64,000 nucleotides of DNA from Cyanophora paradoxa CCMP329 (GCA_004431415.1 QPMI01000145.1:62001-126000); one strand, 5' to 3'. Counted from the first letter of the stretch, positions 1 through 13,500 are shown. Numbers and translations: made by a program. Notes: generated by a model not told the origin, from the letters alone.

Positions 1-437
1 ACGGCGTGAAGGCGGTGCTCGCCCTGCAGCTTGTGATTAGCTAAGTTTAAGCGGGAGGGATTGAGACAGATGGGGCTTTGGAGGAGCTAAGCTTATGATT
101 AAGCTAAGCTTATGATAAGGAGGGATATACTATGCTAAGCATATGATTAGCTAAGCTTTTGGAGGGATTGAGCCTCGGGCCTCAGAGACAGATGGGGCGG
201 CGCAGGCGGGCGGGAGCGCACGGCGGCGCCGGCGCCGCCGACGGCCGTGGTGGCCGCCTCGCTGAAGCCTCCGGCGACGCTCACGGCCCCCGCCATGCTC
301 ATCACGCTGCGGCGGTGGCCCTGCACGGCCTGGCCCGCGGCCGGGCCGCTGGCGCCGTAGAGGCCGGGGGAAGCCGTCGTCTCGCCCGCACCGGTACCGT
401 CGTGGCCGTGGCTGCGGCCAGCGGCCGCGGGCGCCAT
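1..437 (-). CDS. Possible 5' exons of a spliced gene of unknown function running off the left edge
   Basis: ATG at 437 opens MAPAAAGRSHGHDG...AATTAV. An AT-rich intron-like block follows, with a minus-strand CTGCAG acceptor near 24-29. No recognisable domain. Confidence 0.3.
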
Positions 438-1793
438 ATTTAGCCGGCCGCGCCCCGGGCGGCCCCCGGCCGGTGGTCGCGTGTGCCGGACGAGCGGATG
501 AGGGCCGCGCGGGGCTTAGGCTGCTTAGCTAAGGAAGACCGCGATTGATCGAGCCTAGCTTTATAGCTAAAAAGGGCCTAGGCCTCTCGAGCAGCAAATG
601 TGTCGCGGAGCCGCTCTGCCGCGCGCGGCCCCCGGCCGGGCCCCGGGGTCCAGCCCACGTGTACGCTACCGCCGGGTCCGCGGCAGCAGCTGACCGGGAG
701 CGAACTGTGTAGCTGGCAGCTGCAGTCTGCACGCCTAGGGCCTGAGCTCAAGGGGCGTCCGATCCCGAAGGTAACCCCGTCGCTGCACCGTCCTGCACGC
801 ACCAGGCGGACTCAGTGAGCGCGCGCCGCAGGCCCGCGCGCAGCGCCACCGCCGCTATAGCTACCGTAGCGCGTTCGTTCGGAGGCGCCGAGTGCGCGGC
901 TCTGCGCGGCAGTGCGCCCCCCGCGGCCGACCCGCTAGCGCTGCAGGCTGCACTGGCTGTCTGCACAGCCCGCACTGCCGCTGCCGCAGTGCAGCTGCGC
1001 CGCGTCCGACGGTCAACTCCTGCGTAGGCCGCGTCTCTTAGTACCGGAGGCGAGCTCGGTTCAGCCTTCAGCGCTGAAGTCGACAAGCTGCTGTCACATC
1101 AGAAGCTGCGCGGGGGGTACAGAATGTGTGGTGCATTGTTTGACTTGCAGACTTAAGTTGCAGTTACTTGAACTTACGTCATGAATCAGTGAGAACGATT
1201 CAAGCCCTCTGCGGCGGAGATCTAGAATCACTTGAATCTTTAATTTTTTTTGAGAGACTGCTTCTGCACGACGCTAGCGCTGCACGCGTGCGACGGTGCG
1301 AGGGGCGAGCTCGAGCGGCCGCGATCGCGATCGCGAGCCGGCGCCCCCCTGTGGCCGGCCGGGCCGGGGCCCCGGCCGCGGGGGCCGGCCCGGCCGGGGG
1401 CCCCGGCCGCGGGGCCGGGGCCCGGGGGGGTGGGGTGAGGGGGGGAAGGCGTGTGGGGTGGGTGCCACTGGGTGGGTGGGGAGGGGGCCCCGGCCCCCGA
1501 GGCCCCCCCAAAAGGGAAGGCTTTTATACGTGCCGTCCGGCTGCAGTGTTTCAATGAACGGCGCCGGCGTGTCGGCGGCGGCAGGCGAGGGGGGCAAACG
1601 AGTCACTGGCCCAAAGAATCACCGGCCGCCCCCGGCGAGCTCTTTCATATGCATGCCCACTCCATTTGTCAAACTCGCGCGAAAGCTCTGGGCCCGGGGG
1701 GCCGCGCAATGGCATCCGAGGCTCACACGTCTCCGGGGGGCCGCCGCCGGGGCGAGCTCGGCGGCCCCTCGATCCGGGGGACCGCCGAGGGCC

Positions 1794-2710
1794 TCACATG
1801 TCGAAGAGCTCTTGGGAGGGGTCCATGTCTGCCCGGCCCGGCCGCCCCGCCGGCGCGTCAGATCGGGACAGCGCAGGCCCGGGCCCCGCGCGCGCCCCGA
1901 CCCGACCCGAGCTCCATCCATCGAGCGGCCCGGCGATCTATGTCTATCCTTTCGCCTCTATTTATGGTTTTCTCGCCTCGAGGTCCGACCCTCGGGGCGC
2001 GCACCGAAGTTGGCGGAGAGCTGGGGAATCTGCTCGAAGCCCTTCTGCTTCACTGCGCGCCGCGAGGCGGTCAGGCGGCCGCGGGGCGGGGCGGGGCGGG
2101 GCGGGGCGGGGGGCGGCGGGGCGGGGCGCCCAGAGCTTGAACTTGAAAAAGAAGAACGGGAAGAGGGGTACGCACTGAAGTCGCGGAGGGCGGAGAGTAT
2201 GTTCGCGTGGGGCCTGCCGCCGGGGGGAAGGGATGAGATCCAGGGGGGGGAGGGGCGGGGGGGGGGGGGTGTCAAGGGCCCGAGTAACGCACTGGGCCTT
2301 GTTCGCCTGCGGGGGAGGAGGGGGAGGAAGGGGTGAGGGGCGCCTCAGCAACCGCAGCAAAGTCGATCCGACCCGACTCGAAACTGGATCAAATTCGAAC
2401 CTTGACGGCGCAGTCGATGGCCATCTTGAAGGCGTACGTCATCGCCCCGGCCGCCTTGCCTGCGCCCCGGTACGAATGAGCGCTCCTGCTCTTTTTTCCG
2501 TGGGGGAGGGGGGGGGGGGAGTAAGGGACACACCGCCGAAGCGCGCGTCGGCGCTGCACTGGTCGTCGAGGCAGCTGTACCCCGGGCGGGGACCGTCGGC
2601 AAGCGCACGGCGCGAGGGGGCGAAACGCGGAGCGCGGACCCGGAGTACAGCACGACTGCGCCGAAAGAAGGGAACGAAGGTAAGGTCGGGTGAGGGCCGC
2701 CCGCGCAAAG

Positions 2711-2742
<32 letters not shown>

Positions 2743-5272
2743 AGGCGCACCCTTGGGCTTGGTGTCCGGGGCGCCGGCGCGGCTGGCCGACTTGTTCTGC
2801 CCTCGCCCTCAGAGACAGCAGCAGCAGCAGCAGCGGCGGCGGCGTGGCCGGCCCGGACGGGGCCGGGGGTACGCGTGCGCGCCTGGATGCGGTTGAGGCC
2901 GGCGCCGGCGTCGAGGCCGCCAAAGGCGGAGGCAAGGGAGCCGAGGAAGCCGCCCAGGCCGCCCTGCGGGGGAGGGAGGGGGGGGGGAGGGGGTGGGGCG
3001 GCCGGCGTCAGGAGGCGTCGTCGTGGGGCATCATAGCGGTGCGGGGCGGGGCGGCGTCAGGAGGCGTCGTCGTCGGGCGTCATAGATAGACTAGAACGAT
3101 TCAGGTTCTTCGTTCGAGCGTTTTGGTATGTTGGAGTAGGCTGGGCCATGGCCGGACCGCACCTGCTGGTTGCCGCTGAGGAGGCCGCCGAGCACTGCGG
3201 GGTACCGGTGTCGAGTCAGGAGGGCAGGCGGGCCGCTGCCCCCGCCCCGGCCCCCGGCTCGCAGGCCTGGTCTAAGCCCCGGCCCCGCCCCCTTCCCCGC
3301 CTCCCCCGCCCCGCCTTCCCGTAATAAAGGGGCGCACGCTGGCCAAGGTCGGGCTGGGCCGGGCCGTCGCCACCGGCGCTCTTGTCCGCCGTCGCGCCGA
3401 AGCCGCCCGCGAAGTTGCTCGCCATCTGAGCCGGGCGGGCGCCGCGGGTTAGGCAAGGCCGGGCGCAGCGTGGCGAGGCGAGGCGAGGCGAGACTGCGGC
3501 CTGTGGGGCGGGGGCGGGCAGAAGGGGGTACGCGCACCATCATTGCGACCTGCGACATGATGATCGACTGGACGGAGACGCCGCCCTGCGGCTGGCCGCC
3601 GCCTGTACCCCTGTTCAGCCTTGCGGGGGAAGGAGCGGGAGTGGGGTACCGAGATTGAGGCCGCCGAGGGCGCCCAGAATGTTGCCGAAGAAGCCGCCGC
3701 CGCCAGAGGACGGAGCCTGCGGGGGTGTGGAATTAAGGATGGGGAGGTGTGAAGGGGGGGGGGGGGGGCGGGGGGGGGAGAAGGCGGGTGGTGGTGGGGG
3801 GGTGGGGGAGAAGTTGCCGTACCTCCTCGGCCGGCGGGGGCGCCTCGCCGCCCATCTGCATGTTGACCTGTTGGGGGTATGAGGTTGAGTGACAGAGGGG
3901 AAAGGTTGGGAGGGGGGTACGACGCGCCATGGGGTCGTTCATGGTATTGTTGACCGCCTCAGAATAGCTGTGGCTCGGGCGGATAGTGTGCTGCATCGCG
4001 GGGTGTCGAACCGGCGCCGGCGGAAGGGGGGGGGGTACGCATGCACCTCGAGGTCCATGCCAGAGCCGCTGTGGCAGCAGTCCAGAATCTGAGGGGGGAA
4101 CGGATCGGGCCCCAGCGGGGTACGGACCCTCAACCGGCAGGGGGGGGTACGTACCACGGTGACGGCGACGCCTGCGGGTACCTGCTTGCAGAGGATCTTG
4201 TTCAGGTCGTCGTCGACGATGACGCCCTTCCTGGACGCGGGTTCGAATCCGGGCGGGGCCGCTTTCGAATTGGGGCAGAGCGGGGGGCACGCGCTGGCGG
4301 CAGTCGAGGGGGCAGAGGCACTCGTCGTGCCCGTCCTTTTCGTCGCCGGACTTGTCCGCCACCTGCGAGCCGTGGCCCGAGTACTGCGGGGTACGGCGTT
4401 TAGGAACGATGCCCGGTTCGGTGGGGGTACGTGCACCTGGAAGAAGAGCTTGTCGCCGGGCTCGGCGCCGGCCACGAGCCACTTGAGTCCCGCGAGAATG
4501 TTCGCCTTCGTCGGCTGCTCCTCCGGAGGCCGCGACGACTCTGCGCGCCGCGATCCCGCTCAGCGGCCCGCCGGCCGCGCCCGAAGCGACCCCCCCTCGA
4601 CCCCTCGGGCACCCTCGACCTGCGCGCGGCGCGGGCTCGAATCCGGGCGGCGGCGCCGGCCCGGGGGGGGGGACGGAGCGCGGGCGCACGATCATCTTGA
4701 CGTTCTCCTCGGGGTACCCGAAGACCCCTGCGGGGTACCGGTCAGCGGCACGCGAACCGGCCGGGCGGGGCGAGGAGGGATCAGGGGGCGAACTGGTGAC
4801 GATGTCCTTCCTGAGCGGTGCGCGTTAGCGCGTGAGCGACGGAACGGAACGGTGCAGGGACGCGCGCACCACGTGTAGCTGCGGCCGCCGTGGGTCGAGC
4901 GTTGCAATCGCAATCAGAATACAATCATCGACGCCCCGCGGCCGGACCGGGCCGGCGGGGCGAGGCAAAGCGATTCGAACGACGAGCCCAGCGCGTACCT
5001 GTCATTGACACAGCCGCTGAGGCGGCCCTGGGTCCAGGTCTCTGCTCGCGCGTCGGCCGTTAGAGGCGGTCCGCCCTTGCGCCGCTCGACCGGCGATGCG
5101 ACTCAAGCGAACCATAGTTGATTCCGACTGCGGTTCGAAAGGGGCGGGAGCGGCCCGGTCGCGTCAGGAGGGTCAGCCGGTTGGGTTGCGGGGCTGGGCG
5201 GCTGGAGCGCGGCCTTCGCGGGGCGACGTGAAAGGGACGGACGTGCGCACCGATGAGGGCCTTCTTCGTCAT
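1794..5272 (-). CDS. MCA: Metacaspase (peptidase C14), multi-exon, no N-terminal prodomain, long p20-p10 linker
   Basis: Spliced exons read MTKKALI/VGINY/ETWTQGRLSGCVND, then AEPGDKLFF/YSGHGSQVADKSGDEKDGHDECLCPLD (catalytic His), GVIVDDDLNKIL and ILDCCHSGSGMDL (catalytic Cys). The p10 part reads SCLDDQCSADA/GKAAGAMTYAF ... QIPQLSANF/DMDPSQELFDM*. ATG at 5272, TGA at 1794-1796. Confidence 0.92.
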
Positions 5273-5497
5273 CTTTGGAGATGTTTGGACCGGCACCGCT
5301 CCGCAATGTGGAAGGAGGGACGAACTGAGGATGCGAACGAAGGTGCGGCTGTACACCCCCCGTCGACGTAACACGACGTCGAAGTACGTAAGCAGGCTTC
5401 GTTGAGAGCGCCACAGAGATCTCCAAGTCAAGCACGCACCTCCGGCCGACTTTCAGCCCCCGCACGCGCCAACCACTCCAACAGCAGAGCAAAGAGG
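5273..5497. promoter_or_regulatory. Putative bidirectional promoter (metacaspase / Kelch-BTB)
   Basis: Only 225 bp separate the divergent start codons at 5272 (-) and 5498 (+). Confidence 0.5.
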
Positions 5498-8400
5498 ATG
5501 TCCTGGACGAACCGCGGCATAGCTCGGGGCCCGGGCATAGACCAGCCGCCGGAGGTCACGCCCTTCGGCCGCCAGCAAAGCTGTCTCGTAGGCGGCCAGC
5601 TCGCGGTCATCTCGGCCCACCCGCTCGGCGCGTGCACGCTTTGGCGCGCCCGTTGCAAGCGCCTAGCGCCTTACAATTGTGTCTCCTCACTGCAGGCCGT
5701 GACGCTTTCACGCACTACTACGACCTTGAGAGCCGCTCGTGGAAGCGCTCAAACATACCCGACCCGCGCATCGTCTCCACTCTGTCGCAGGTTCACTATC
5801 TCCACTCTCTCTCGGCCTAATTCGGCCGCGGGAACCGCACCCCCCGCCCTGCAGGCCCGCACTGAGCGCTCGTGCAGTTCGACGGGAGTCTGAACATGGG
5901 CGGCACGGCCGTCTTCCTCGACTGCAAGTCAAACGACGCCGAGATCAAGGCACGCGGCACTTTCGCGGCCCCGCCGCGCGCCCTGACCGCGCCCCGCTGA
6001 CAGGTTATCACACTCGAAGTTGCGACGCGGAAGCTGAACGTGCAGTCCATCCAGCCAACCCCGGAGGAGCGCAAGACGCAAGTGTTCCGCTCGAAGCCCT
6101 TCGTCCCCAAGTCGCGCGCAGCGCAGGCGCGCCCGCTCGCCCGTCCCCGCGCGGATCGATTTCAGAGGAGCGGCCGCCAACGTCCCACGGCAGGTCGAAG
6201 TGGACGAGCCGATCTTCCCGCAGCCTATGGAGCGCTCTGTTCTGTGCAAGCCGAACAGGCCGCTGCTCGCCTGCTGCCCCTTCTCGGCGCTCTACGGCCA
6301 GACCAGCGGCCGCACAATGTGCCCGCCCGCGCCCTCGCCAGCCCCGCCCGCGTCGCCGTTCGCTAACGGAACCCGCCAGCTTCTACTTCGGCCAGAAGCT
6401 CGCTCTCTACAGCCTCACGCTGAACGACGACGACTCCGTCACGCTGAAGAAGGCACGCCGGCGCCCGCCCGCCTGCCCGCCGCCGCTCGGCCTGCGCTGA
6501 AGTGACCGTCTCCGGATCAGGAATCCACCATCGACCCGCTGCACAACGAGTCTGGTCTTCTTCCCGGCGTCTGGGGCCAGGTACCCGCCGTCCCGGCCTC
6601 CCTCTCTTCCTTCTCCGATCGGCTTCTCACGCCCTCGCCTTTCTCTGCCCTGCAGTTCTACGCCGGGGAGCGCATGCTCGCGTTCCCCGAGAGCCGACCG
6701 GGCGCAGTGCACGACCACTTCAAGGTTCGAACGATTCGATTCGATCCAGATTTGATCCGACCGGATCAAATCTATCCGAACTCGAATTTGATCCGGGGCC
6801 CCGGGAGCAGTACGTGTTCGAGCTGGACATGCGCGAGCGGACGGCGGCCGTGCGGACGACGAGCGGCGCGGTTCCCGCCGAGCGGACGTCGTACGTCGCC
6901 GCGGTCGCCCACGGGCACCTCTTCCTCGCCGGCGGCATGGCGCGCCCTTCGCTTGCTTGCTTGCTTGCGGCGGAGCGCGCGCGCGCGAGCCTCGCGAGGG
7001 CTTACCCGTTTAGCCGCGCAGCTCAGCAACGGGCAGACCGAGGCCGCCCTCTACGTCCTCAACCTCACGACGTGGCGCTGGTGCGGTCCCGTCGCGTCGC
7101 GTTGCCTCCCCGCGCGGCGTTCGTTCGGCTCACCGGTCGATCAATCCGCGTCCGGACAGGTCGCGGCACGCGCTGACGTCGCCCTCCGCCGCGCACATCT
7201 TCCTCGCCGCGTACGACTCCCGCCTCTTCTACGACCCCAAGCGGTACCCCCCTTCCATTCCATCCCCCCCCCCCCCCCCCCCCCCCCCCTCCCCACCGAC
7301 CACCGATCCTTCCGGGCAGGCACGAGCTGCTGTGCTACGGGGCCTACGTCGGCGACTCGATCTCCAATCAGCTCTTCACGCTCCGGTGCCCTAGCTAATC
7401 CATCCTCTGATCTGATCCGAACGCCTCTGATTTGATCCGGCCGCCCCTTCTCTCTTTCTAGGCTCATGGATCTCGGCGTCTTCGAGCTGCTCGTGTCGGC
7501 CGCCGAGGAGCTCGTCCAGATTAAGGACCAGGCGCGCCCCGTACCCCCCGCCCTCGCCCCGTACCCCTCTCGCCATGTATCCCCCTCACGCCCGCTGCAG
7601 AGCGCGCTGCTGCAGTCGGGCGAGGGCGCGGACATCGACGTCCTCCCCTCCGACGCCGGGCCCTCCGACCCCGTGCGCGACGCGTACCCCCCTCCAACCC
7701 CCCCCCCCTCGCCTCTGCTCCGCCTGACCTTGGCCCCGCGCAGGCGATCCGGGCGCACCGGGGCGTGCTGGCCGAGTCCTGCCCCCGCCTCGCGACGGAG
7801 GCCGGGGCGCGGGAGCTGCGGCTGGCGTACCCCCGCGCCGTCGTCGCCTTCTTCCTCCGCTACCTCTACGGCGCGCGCAGCATCGAGGTACCCCCCTCCC
7901 TCTCCCCCCCCGCCCCGTCCAGCCGAGCCGCGCCTCGCTGAGTCTGCCTGTCGCAGGGGGCGGAGACGCCTGTCGTGGCGTCGCTGCTGGAGCTGGCGGA
8001 GCGGTACGGCCTCGAGGACCTCCGCCACCGCGCCTGCGTCGGTCCGCACCGCCCCGGAGCCCGCCCCGCCCCTCTAGGCCCTGTAGCCCCCCTCCCTCGC
8101 CGCGGTGATCTGACGCCGGCCCTCGCCTTCTCGCGCGCAGTGATCCGGGACCGGCTGGACGTGGACAGCGCCGGCCTCGCCTTCCGCGCCTCTCTCCGAG
8201 GCAACGTGCGTACGGCGCCCTCCGCGAGCGAGCGCCCAGAAGACTAGGGGCCATAGCTGGGCGGGGTCTGGTGGGCCGGGAGGGTCGCCTCCTCCTCTCT
8301 CCCGCTCTTTCTGAGGCCCACCGCGCGGGTACAGGCCCCCGAGCTGCGCGGCCTCGTCCTCCACTTCATCTTCCGCAACGTGCGTGCCCCGTACCCCCCG

Positions 8401-9093
8401 CCCCTCTACCCCCCCCCCCCCCCGGGCTCAGCCGGGGGCAGTTCGGGGCCTTCTACCGGTCCAAGGGCCACGCGGAGCTGGCGGGCGACCCCGAGGCGCT
8501 TCAGGCCTTCGTCGCCGCGGTGCGTGCGAGCGAAGCGAGCGAAGCGAAGGGGGAGCTTAGAAGGCGGACGTCGAGCGCGGCGCGTCTAGAGCATCTATCT
8601 ACTAGAAGAAGAAGAGCATTTAAAAGAAGCCGCTATCTACAAGAAGAGGTTCCTGAGCGGGGCGCGCGCGGGGGCGCAGATGCCGGCGACGGCGGTGCTG
8701 GTGGAGCCGTTTGAGGCGGTGGCGGCGGCGGGGGCGGGGGCGGGGGCGGCGCCGGGCTCCAAGGGGGCCCCCTCCACCTTCACCTCACCGCTCGCCCTCT
8801 CCGCCAACGACAGCCAGCTGGGGCGGCCCATCCCCTCCGCCTGCGGCAAGGGCGCCGACGTGCGTACGCGTGCAGCTTCTCTCACTCCATCTATTATTCT
8901 CTCGTTGGATTCTATTTTGCAGCTTCTATTTTATCTATCTATCTATTCTATCTATCTATCTATCTGCAGCTTCTATCGGATTCTCGTTGCGCCTGCACTG
9001 CTGCTGAGTCTGACTCGCTGCGCCCGGCGCGTGCAGTGCTGCAACGGGTCCAAGAAGGGGTGCGGCTCAAAGAAGAGCTGCGGGCGGCGATAG
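5498..9093 (+). CDS. Kelch-repeat + BTB/POZ(-BACK) protein, multi-exon (putative Cul3 adaptor)
   Basis: Kelch-like segments: PAERTSYVAAVAHGHLFLAGG, ALYVLNLTTWRW, ELLCYGAYVGDSISNQLF. BTB-like: GADIDVL...IRAHRGVLAESCP...VAFFLRYLYG...LLELAERYGLEDLR, then LDVDSAGLAF...LRGLVLHFIFRN. Ends CCNGSKKGCGSKKSCGRR*. Exon boundaries are approximate. Confidence 0.8.
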
Positions 9094-9694
9094 CTCCTAC
9101 CGAGCCCTGTTCCCGGCCCCGGCCTGGCCCTCTTCCCGGCCCGGCCCTCTGTTGTTGTAGATTACGTAGATTACGATATCGATCGGGGCAGTGGCCATGC
9201 CTCGCGCAGCCCGCCGCCGCGCCTGCAGCTGCGAGGGTCGGGACGATGAGAACGCGCGACGCACGCCGCTCAGCTAGCGCTCCCCCGGGGCCCCTCGCCG
9301 CGCAGGCGCGCTGCGCATGCGGCGCGGTGCCACGGTGGCCGGCGTCGGCCCGGGGCCAGCTGCCCATGCAGGGCCCGGGCCGCTCGCGGGCGCGCGCGCG
9401 GCCGCGGCGCGCGGCCGCCGGCTCCAATCTGCCCGATCGTTGAAGCACGGGCTCAGAGTCTGAACAATTGCAAGCACGTAGCCATATAGTCTTCGAATTC
9501 CGCGGCGACGACGACGACGGCCGCGGCCGCGGCCGCGGCGCGGAGCGCTAGCGCAGCCGGCGAGGCGCGCGCGCGCGCGCGGGAGAAGCCTTGAAGCTGC
9601 CGCGCGGGCCGGGGGCGCGCCGCTGGCTGCTGCGGCCGCCGGGCGCCGGCAACGTGCACGTGCACACTGCAGCCGCCGTTCTTGGGGCAACGTA

Positions 9695-9890
9695 TGCGTG
9701 CGAAGCGGCCTTAAGTTCCCGGATCGGGGAGCTTAAGCGAAACTCCGGTGCGAAGCGGGCCTTAGGTTCCCGGATCCGGGAGCTTAAGCAAAACTCCGGT
9801 GCGAAGCGGGCCTTAAGTTCCCGGATCCGGGAGCTTAAGCGAAACTCCGGTGCGAAGCGGGCCTTAAGTTCCCGGATCCGGGAGCTTAAG
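9695..9890. repeat. Left part of a 51-bp palindromic tandem-repeat array (~4 units)
   Basis: Unit GCGAAGCGGGC-CTTAAGTTCCCGGATCCGGGAGCTTAAG-CGAAACTCCGGT, starting near 9700, 9750, 9801 and 9852. Each unit contains a 28-bp near-perfect palindrome. Confidence 0.97.
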
Positions 9891-10528
9891 TTCTTCCACG
9901 CTCACGGCCGCAGCCAAACGCGTCCGCAGCGTGCCGGCCTCTGGCCGCCGCAAGGAATTCGAAGGATGAGGGGGTAAGAAGAGGACCGGCCGCCCCGCGG
10001 TGGTCCGGCCGGCAGCAAGCAGAGCCCCGTGCGGGGTACCTCATTGGGCCGCGTCCCAAGGGGCGCGCAGCGCCAAAGGAGGGGCCGCCGAGAGGGCCCC
10101 AGGGCCCGAAAAGGTAGACCACTCATTGCCTCGTGGGCGTGGTTGGGGAGGATATCTCTTCACTCCCCGTGTGCCGGGGGGTACGCATTTGCTGCCCGGG
10201 TACTCATATCGCGCCCGCATTTTTTTTTTTTGAGTTTTCCGTAGTTTATTAGGGGACAGAGCCCCTGGTACACAAAAAACATCGTTTTCTGTCTACCCTA
10301 GGCCTAGGTCTACCCTAGGCCAACTAATATACTTTAGCCTAGTCTACTCCCCACTATTGGGTCTCCGACTAGGCGCCCCAAGGGCTATACCCTATTGCGA
10401 GCCCCGCCCCCTCTACCCTTGAGGCGGCTCTCTCGGAGCCTCCCCCCGCGACGGCCAGGGCCGGTCACGATGGGGTGGGGTAGAGAGGTGGCAGGGGCTG
10501 GGGCCGGGAGATTGTTGGGCTGGCAGGC

Positions 10529-13500
10529 TCAGGGTTTAAAGCCAAGCGGCGAGATCCCAAAGATGAGAAGAGAGAGGAGGAGATCTCCGCGGTGGTACCT
10601 CACGTGTTCCCGTGCAGGACAGAGGAGCGGGCGTGGAAGGCGGTGGAGGTGGCGGTGTCGGTGGAGCGACAGGGAACAGATGGACAGGTTGCTGGAGGGG
10701 CGAGATGGGGAGGGTGGAGCTGGAGAGCCCGTTTCGAGAAGAGGAAGGGTGGAGGAGGGGAGGGTGCGGGGAGGAGGCTGGGGTGAGGGCCGGGCCTCTT
10801 CGGTGGGGAGGGCGGGGCGGCGGCCGGTCTTGTGGGGGAGGCCGGTCTTGAGGTTCGGGAAGAGGCTCGGGCACAGCTGATGCGGCTGCGGACGACGCTC
10901 CATCCCGCCGCTGGGCGTGACCATGAGCAGCAGCAGGGGTGACGGAAGCTGCTGCAGCTGTTCTAGATCTGCGGGGGCGAGGTCCGGGTCCGGAATTATT
11001 GCCTCGGGCTGCACGGAATCCCGCCGACTCTTGAATTTCTCGAAGGAGGCGCGGGCGTCGCGTCCGCACTGTTGCCGTGCCGTCGGCTTGTGCCACTGGT
11101 GTGTCAGGCGGGGCACTTGCGTTGGCGGACTGTCCTTTGGACTCTGGGGCCTAGCTATAGAGGTGTCGCTGACGGCCGACGGGCGCGGGCGGGGTTGGAA
11201 GAAGGTGCGGATGTCTGCTCGCGAGTTCCGGGCCGCAGGCCTTGGGGTAGGCTGCGCGCTCAGCGGGGGCCGGTATTGGGGTTCCGGTGCGGGCGTGACT
11301 ATTTTGGGCCTGGATGGGCCTGCAATGGCTTCATCTTGGGGGCGCGGTCTGTCTCGCTGGTTTTGGGGGGCGACACTGGAGCGGTACATTTTCCTTTGCG
11401 TTTGTGCTGCGCCAGGGCTTCGGGGAGGCAGCAGCGTAACCGCACCGGCAGCTGAGGGGGCATCCCGTGGCAGTTCTCCCGGGGCCAGCGCAGCCACCGG
11501 TATTGCCCGGGGCTGCTCGGGCTGGGAGGCGGTGCTCGTGGGCGCCTCCGTATCCAAGGCCTGCGAGCCTAGAATCCGAGAAAGAATGAGGCCGCGCCAG
11601 GTGGCGCAGTTAGACACAGTGCCCGTGAAGGAGGGTGTGTAGGCCGTGGGGTCATGTTCCAGAGCACGGACAAGTATTTCGGCGAAGGCACAGACGAAAA
11701 TCCCGCAGTTGAAGCGATCGTTTTGGGCCGGGATGGGGAATCGGGTGGCTGAGGGGAGGGGCCAGGTGAGAGCGTCGTCGGCGCCGGTCGAGGAGCCTAG
11801 GGCTGCGCATTCGCGCTCCATGTTGAGCCATTTTAGGAGGGGCAGGAGTTGACGGCGGGCCTCTTCGGGGCCCGGGAGATTGTATCCATCGTATAGTTCA
11901 GCACGGCGAGCACGGAGATGGAGGGCTGCAAGGATCCAGTGGCCCGGGTGTGGATAGGGAAGAGTAATAGGTCATAGTCAAAGACATTAATTCCGCGCCC
12001 AGCGGTGCGACGGCGCAGGCGGGCGCTGCCCGCCGGCGTTATTGTCTGGGGAATAGCGGCGTAGAAAGTGTGCGGGAAAAGTAAGACGCGTCGGCGAGGG
12101 TTAATTTCTCCGCTCGCAAGAAGGTTTAGTCGGGCAAGGTAGTAGTTGATGACGTCGGCGTTCACCCAGGACGAGCCGTTCAGCGTGGCTAGGTCATGGA
12201 GCGATACGGAGGCACTGCCAAACAGTGCAGCGGGGCCGCTGCGGGCTGCCGGGAGCTCTCGGACTGCGCTGTTGGGTAGAGCGCGGGTAGGGGAGCGGCG
12301 TACTTGGGCCCAGGCGGCACGTAATGCAGGTGGGACGGCGGAGCCGGCCACCCTGCATTACTGGCATTAATATTGGTGATGCTGTTAGCAGCTGCCGGCC
12401 TAGCTACAGGTCTAGGTCTCGGGCTCGAGCTCGGGGCGGCGGTAGGGGGCACCGGCGTTGCGGGTATCGCTGTTGTAGGGGGGCCGTGGCCGGCCACGGT
12501 GCTGGGGAGCAGCGCGGGTTCGAGAGCGGCGCGACTGGCTGACTAATTGTAGGTCTGATGAGAGGGTGAGCTGGCCGTTGGGTATCCGTCGACGCGGGGC
12601 CGGGGCCACCACGGTCGAGGGGCTCGTGGGCTCATCCCTAATCCTGGCTGGCATCGACCTCGCCGGTGAGGGCTCAGCAGGGCGCGAGGGTCGAGGTGCA
12701 TGAGTTTGGCGGCGAGTAATCCCGTGTCGGCGTTGCCAGGACTGGACTTCGCTATTGCGAGCCTTCCAGATTGCTTGGGTGTAGTCTATGATGGTGGCCA
12801 TAATTGCGTTGGCGCATTTAAGCGCCGCCGGTCTACGTACATCTAAGTAAATCAGGGCAGGGATGAGGCTACGAGGAAGGAGGAGCCTGACGGTGTGGCG
12901 GGGAGAATCGCAGGCAAGGTCGGCGAAGAGTTTGCTGCCGAGGCTTTGCCACTGATCGGGCAGGCCATAGAGTGGCTGCGTGAGGTGCGAAGGAAGGGGG
13001 CCCGGCCGTTGGCGCTGACGCTCTGACCATCCCCAGTTTGCATCGTCAGCCAGTGCAAAGGCCGGGAACAGTTGGCGCAGCAACAGTCCGTCCTGGCGCA
13101 GGGCCGGGGGCAGCTTGTAGGCTGGGTCGCCAGCTGCAGCCGCATCGACTGCAGTTTTTAGGCGTTGAGACGATATGGTTTCGTACAATAGGTTGAATAT
13201 CTTAGTTTGGGCTTCGATACGGAGGGTGCGTGTTGCTGGGCAGAGACCAAAGGCGTGGTCGTGGGTTTCAGGCGTCCCGCTAACGATAGGGGGGGCCGCG
13301 GTGCCTGGCGTGCGTCTCGTGCGGCCGGTCGCCGTTGGGGCCGTTCCGGATCCCACCGTCTTCCTCGGGGTCGGACGCAGGCGGCTGCCATGGCGGGGCT
13401 GGGGTGGGCCGGCCGTCTGGGCCTAGCACGGACGCGCAGCCTGCGCGAACACAGAGTCCATTTGGATTTATTGCACTATAGAGATGGGGAGCGTCCCGGG

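Noticed and set aside
480-1300. Gene or transposon in the CTAG-rich intergenic block
   Set aside because: No motif, terminal repeat or consistent splice pattern could be supported.
4999-5005. ATG at 5005 as the metacaspase start
   Set aside because: It lies inside the conserved GCVND exon in another frame. The KKALIVGINY motif requires the start at 5272.
9695-9890. CRISPR array (palindromic repeats)
   Set aside because: The sequence between palindromes is constant or nearly so, with no unique spacers. There are no cas genes and the context is eukaryotic. It is a tandem minisatellite.
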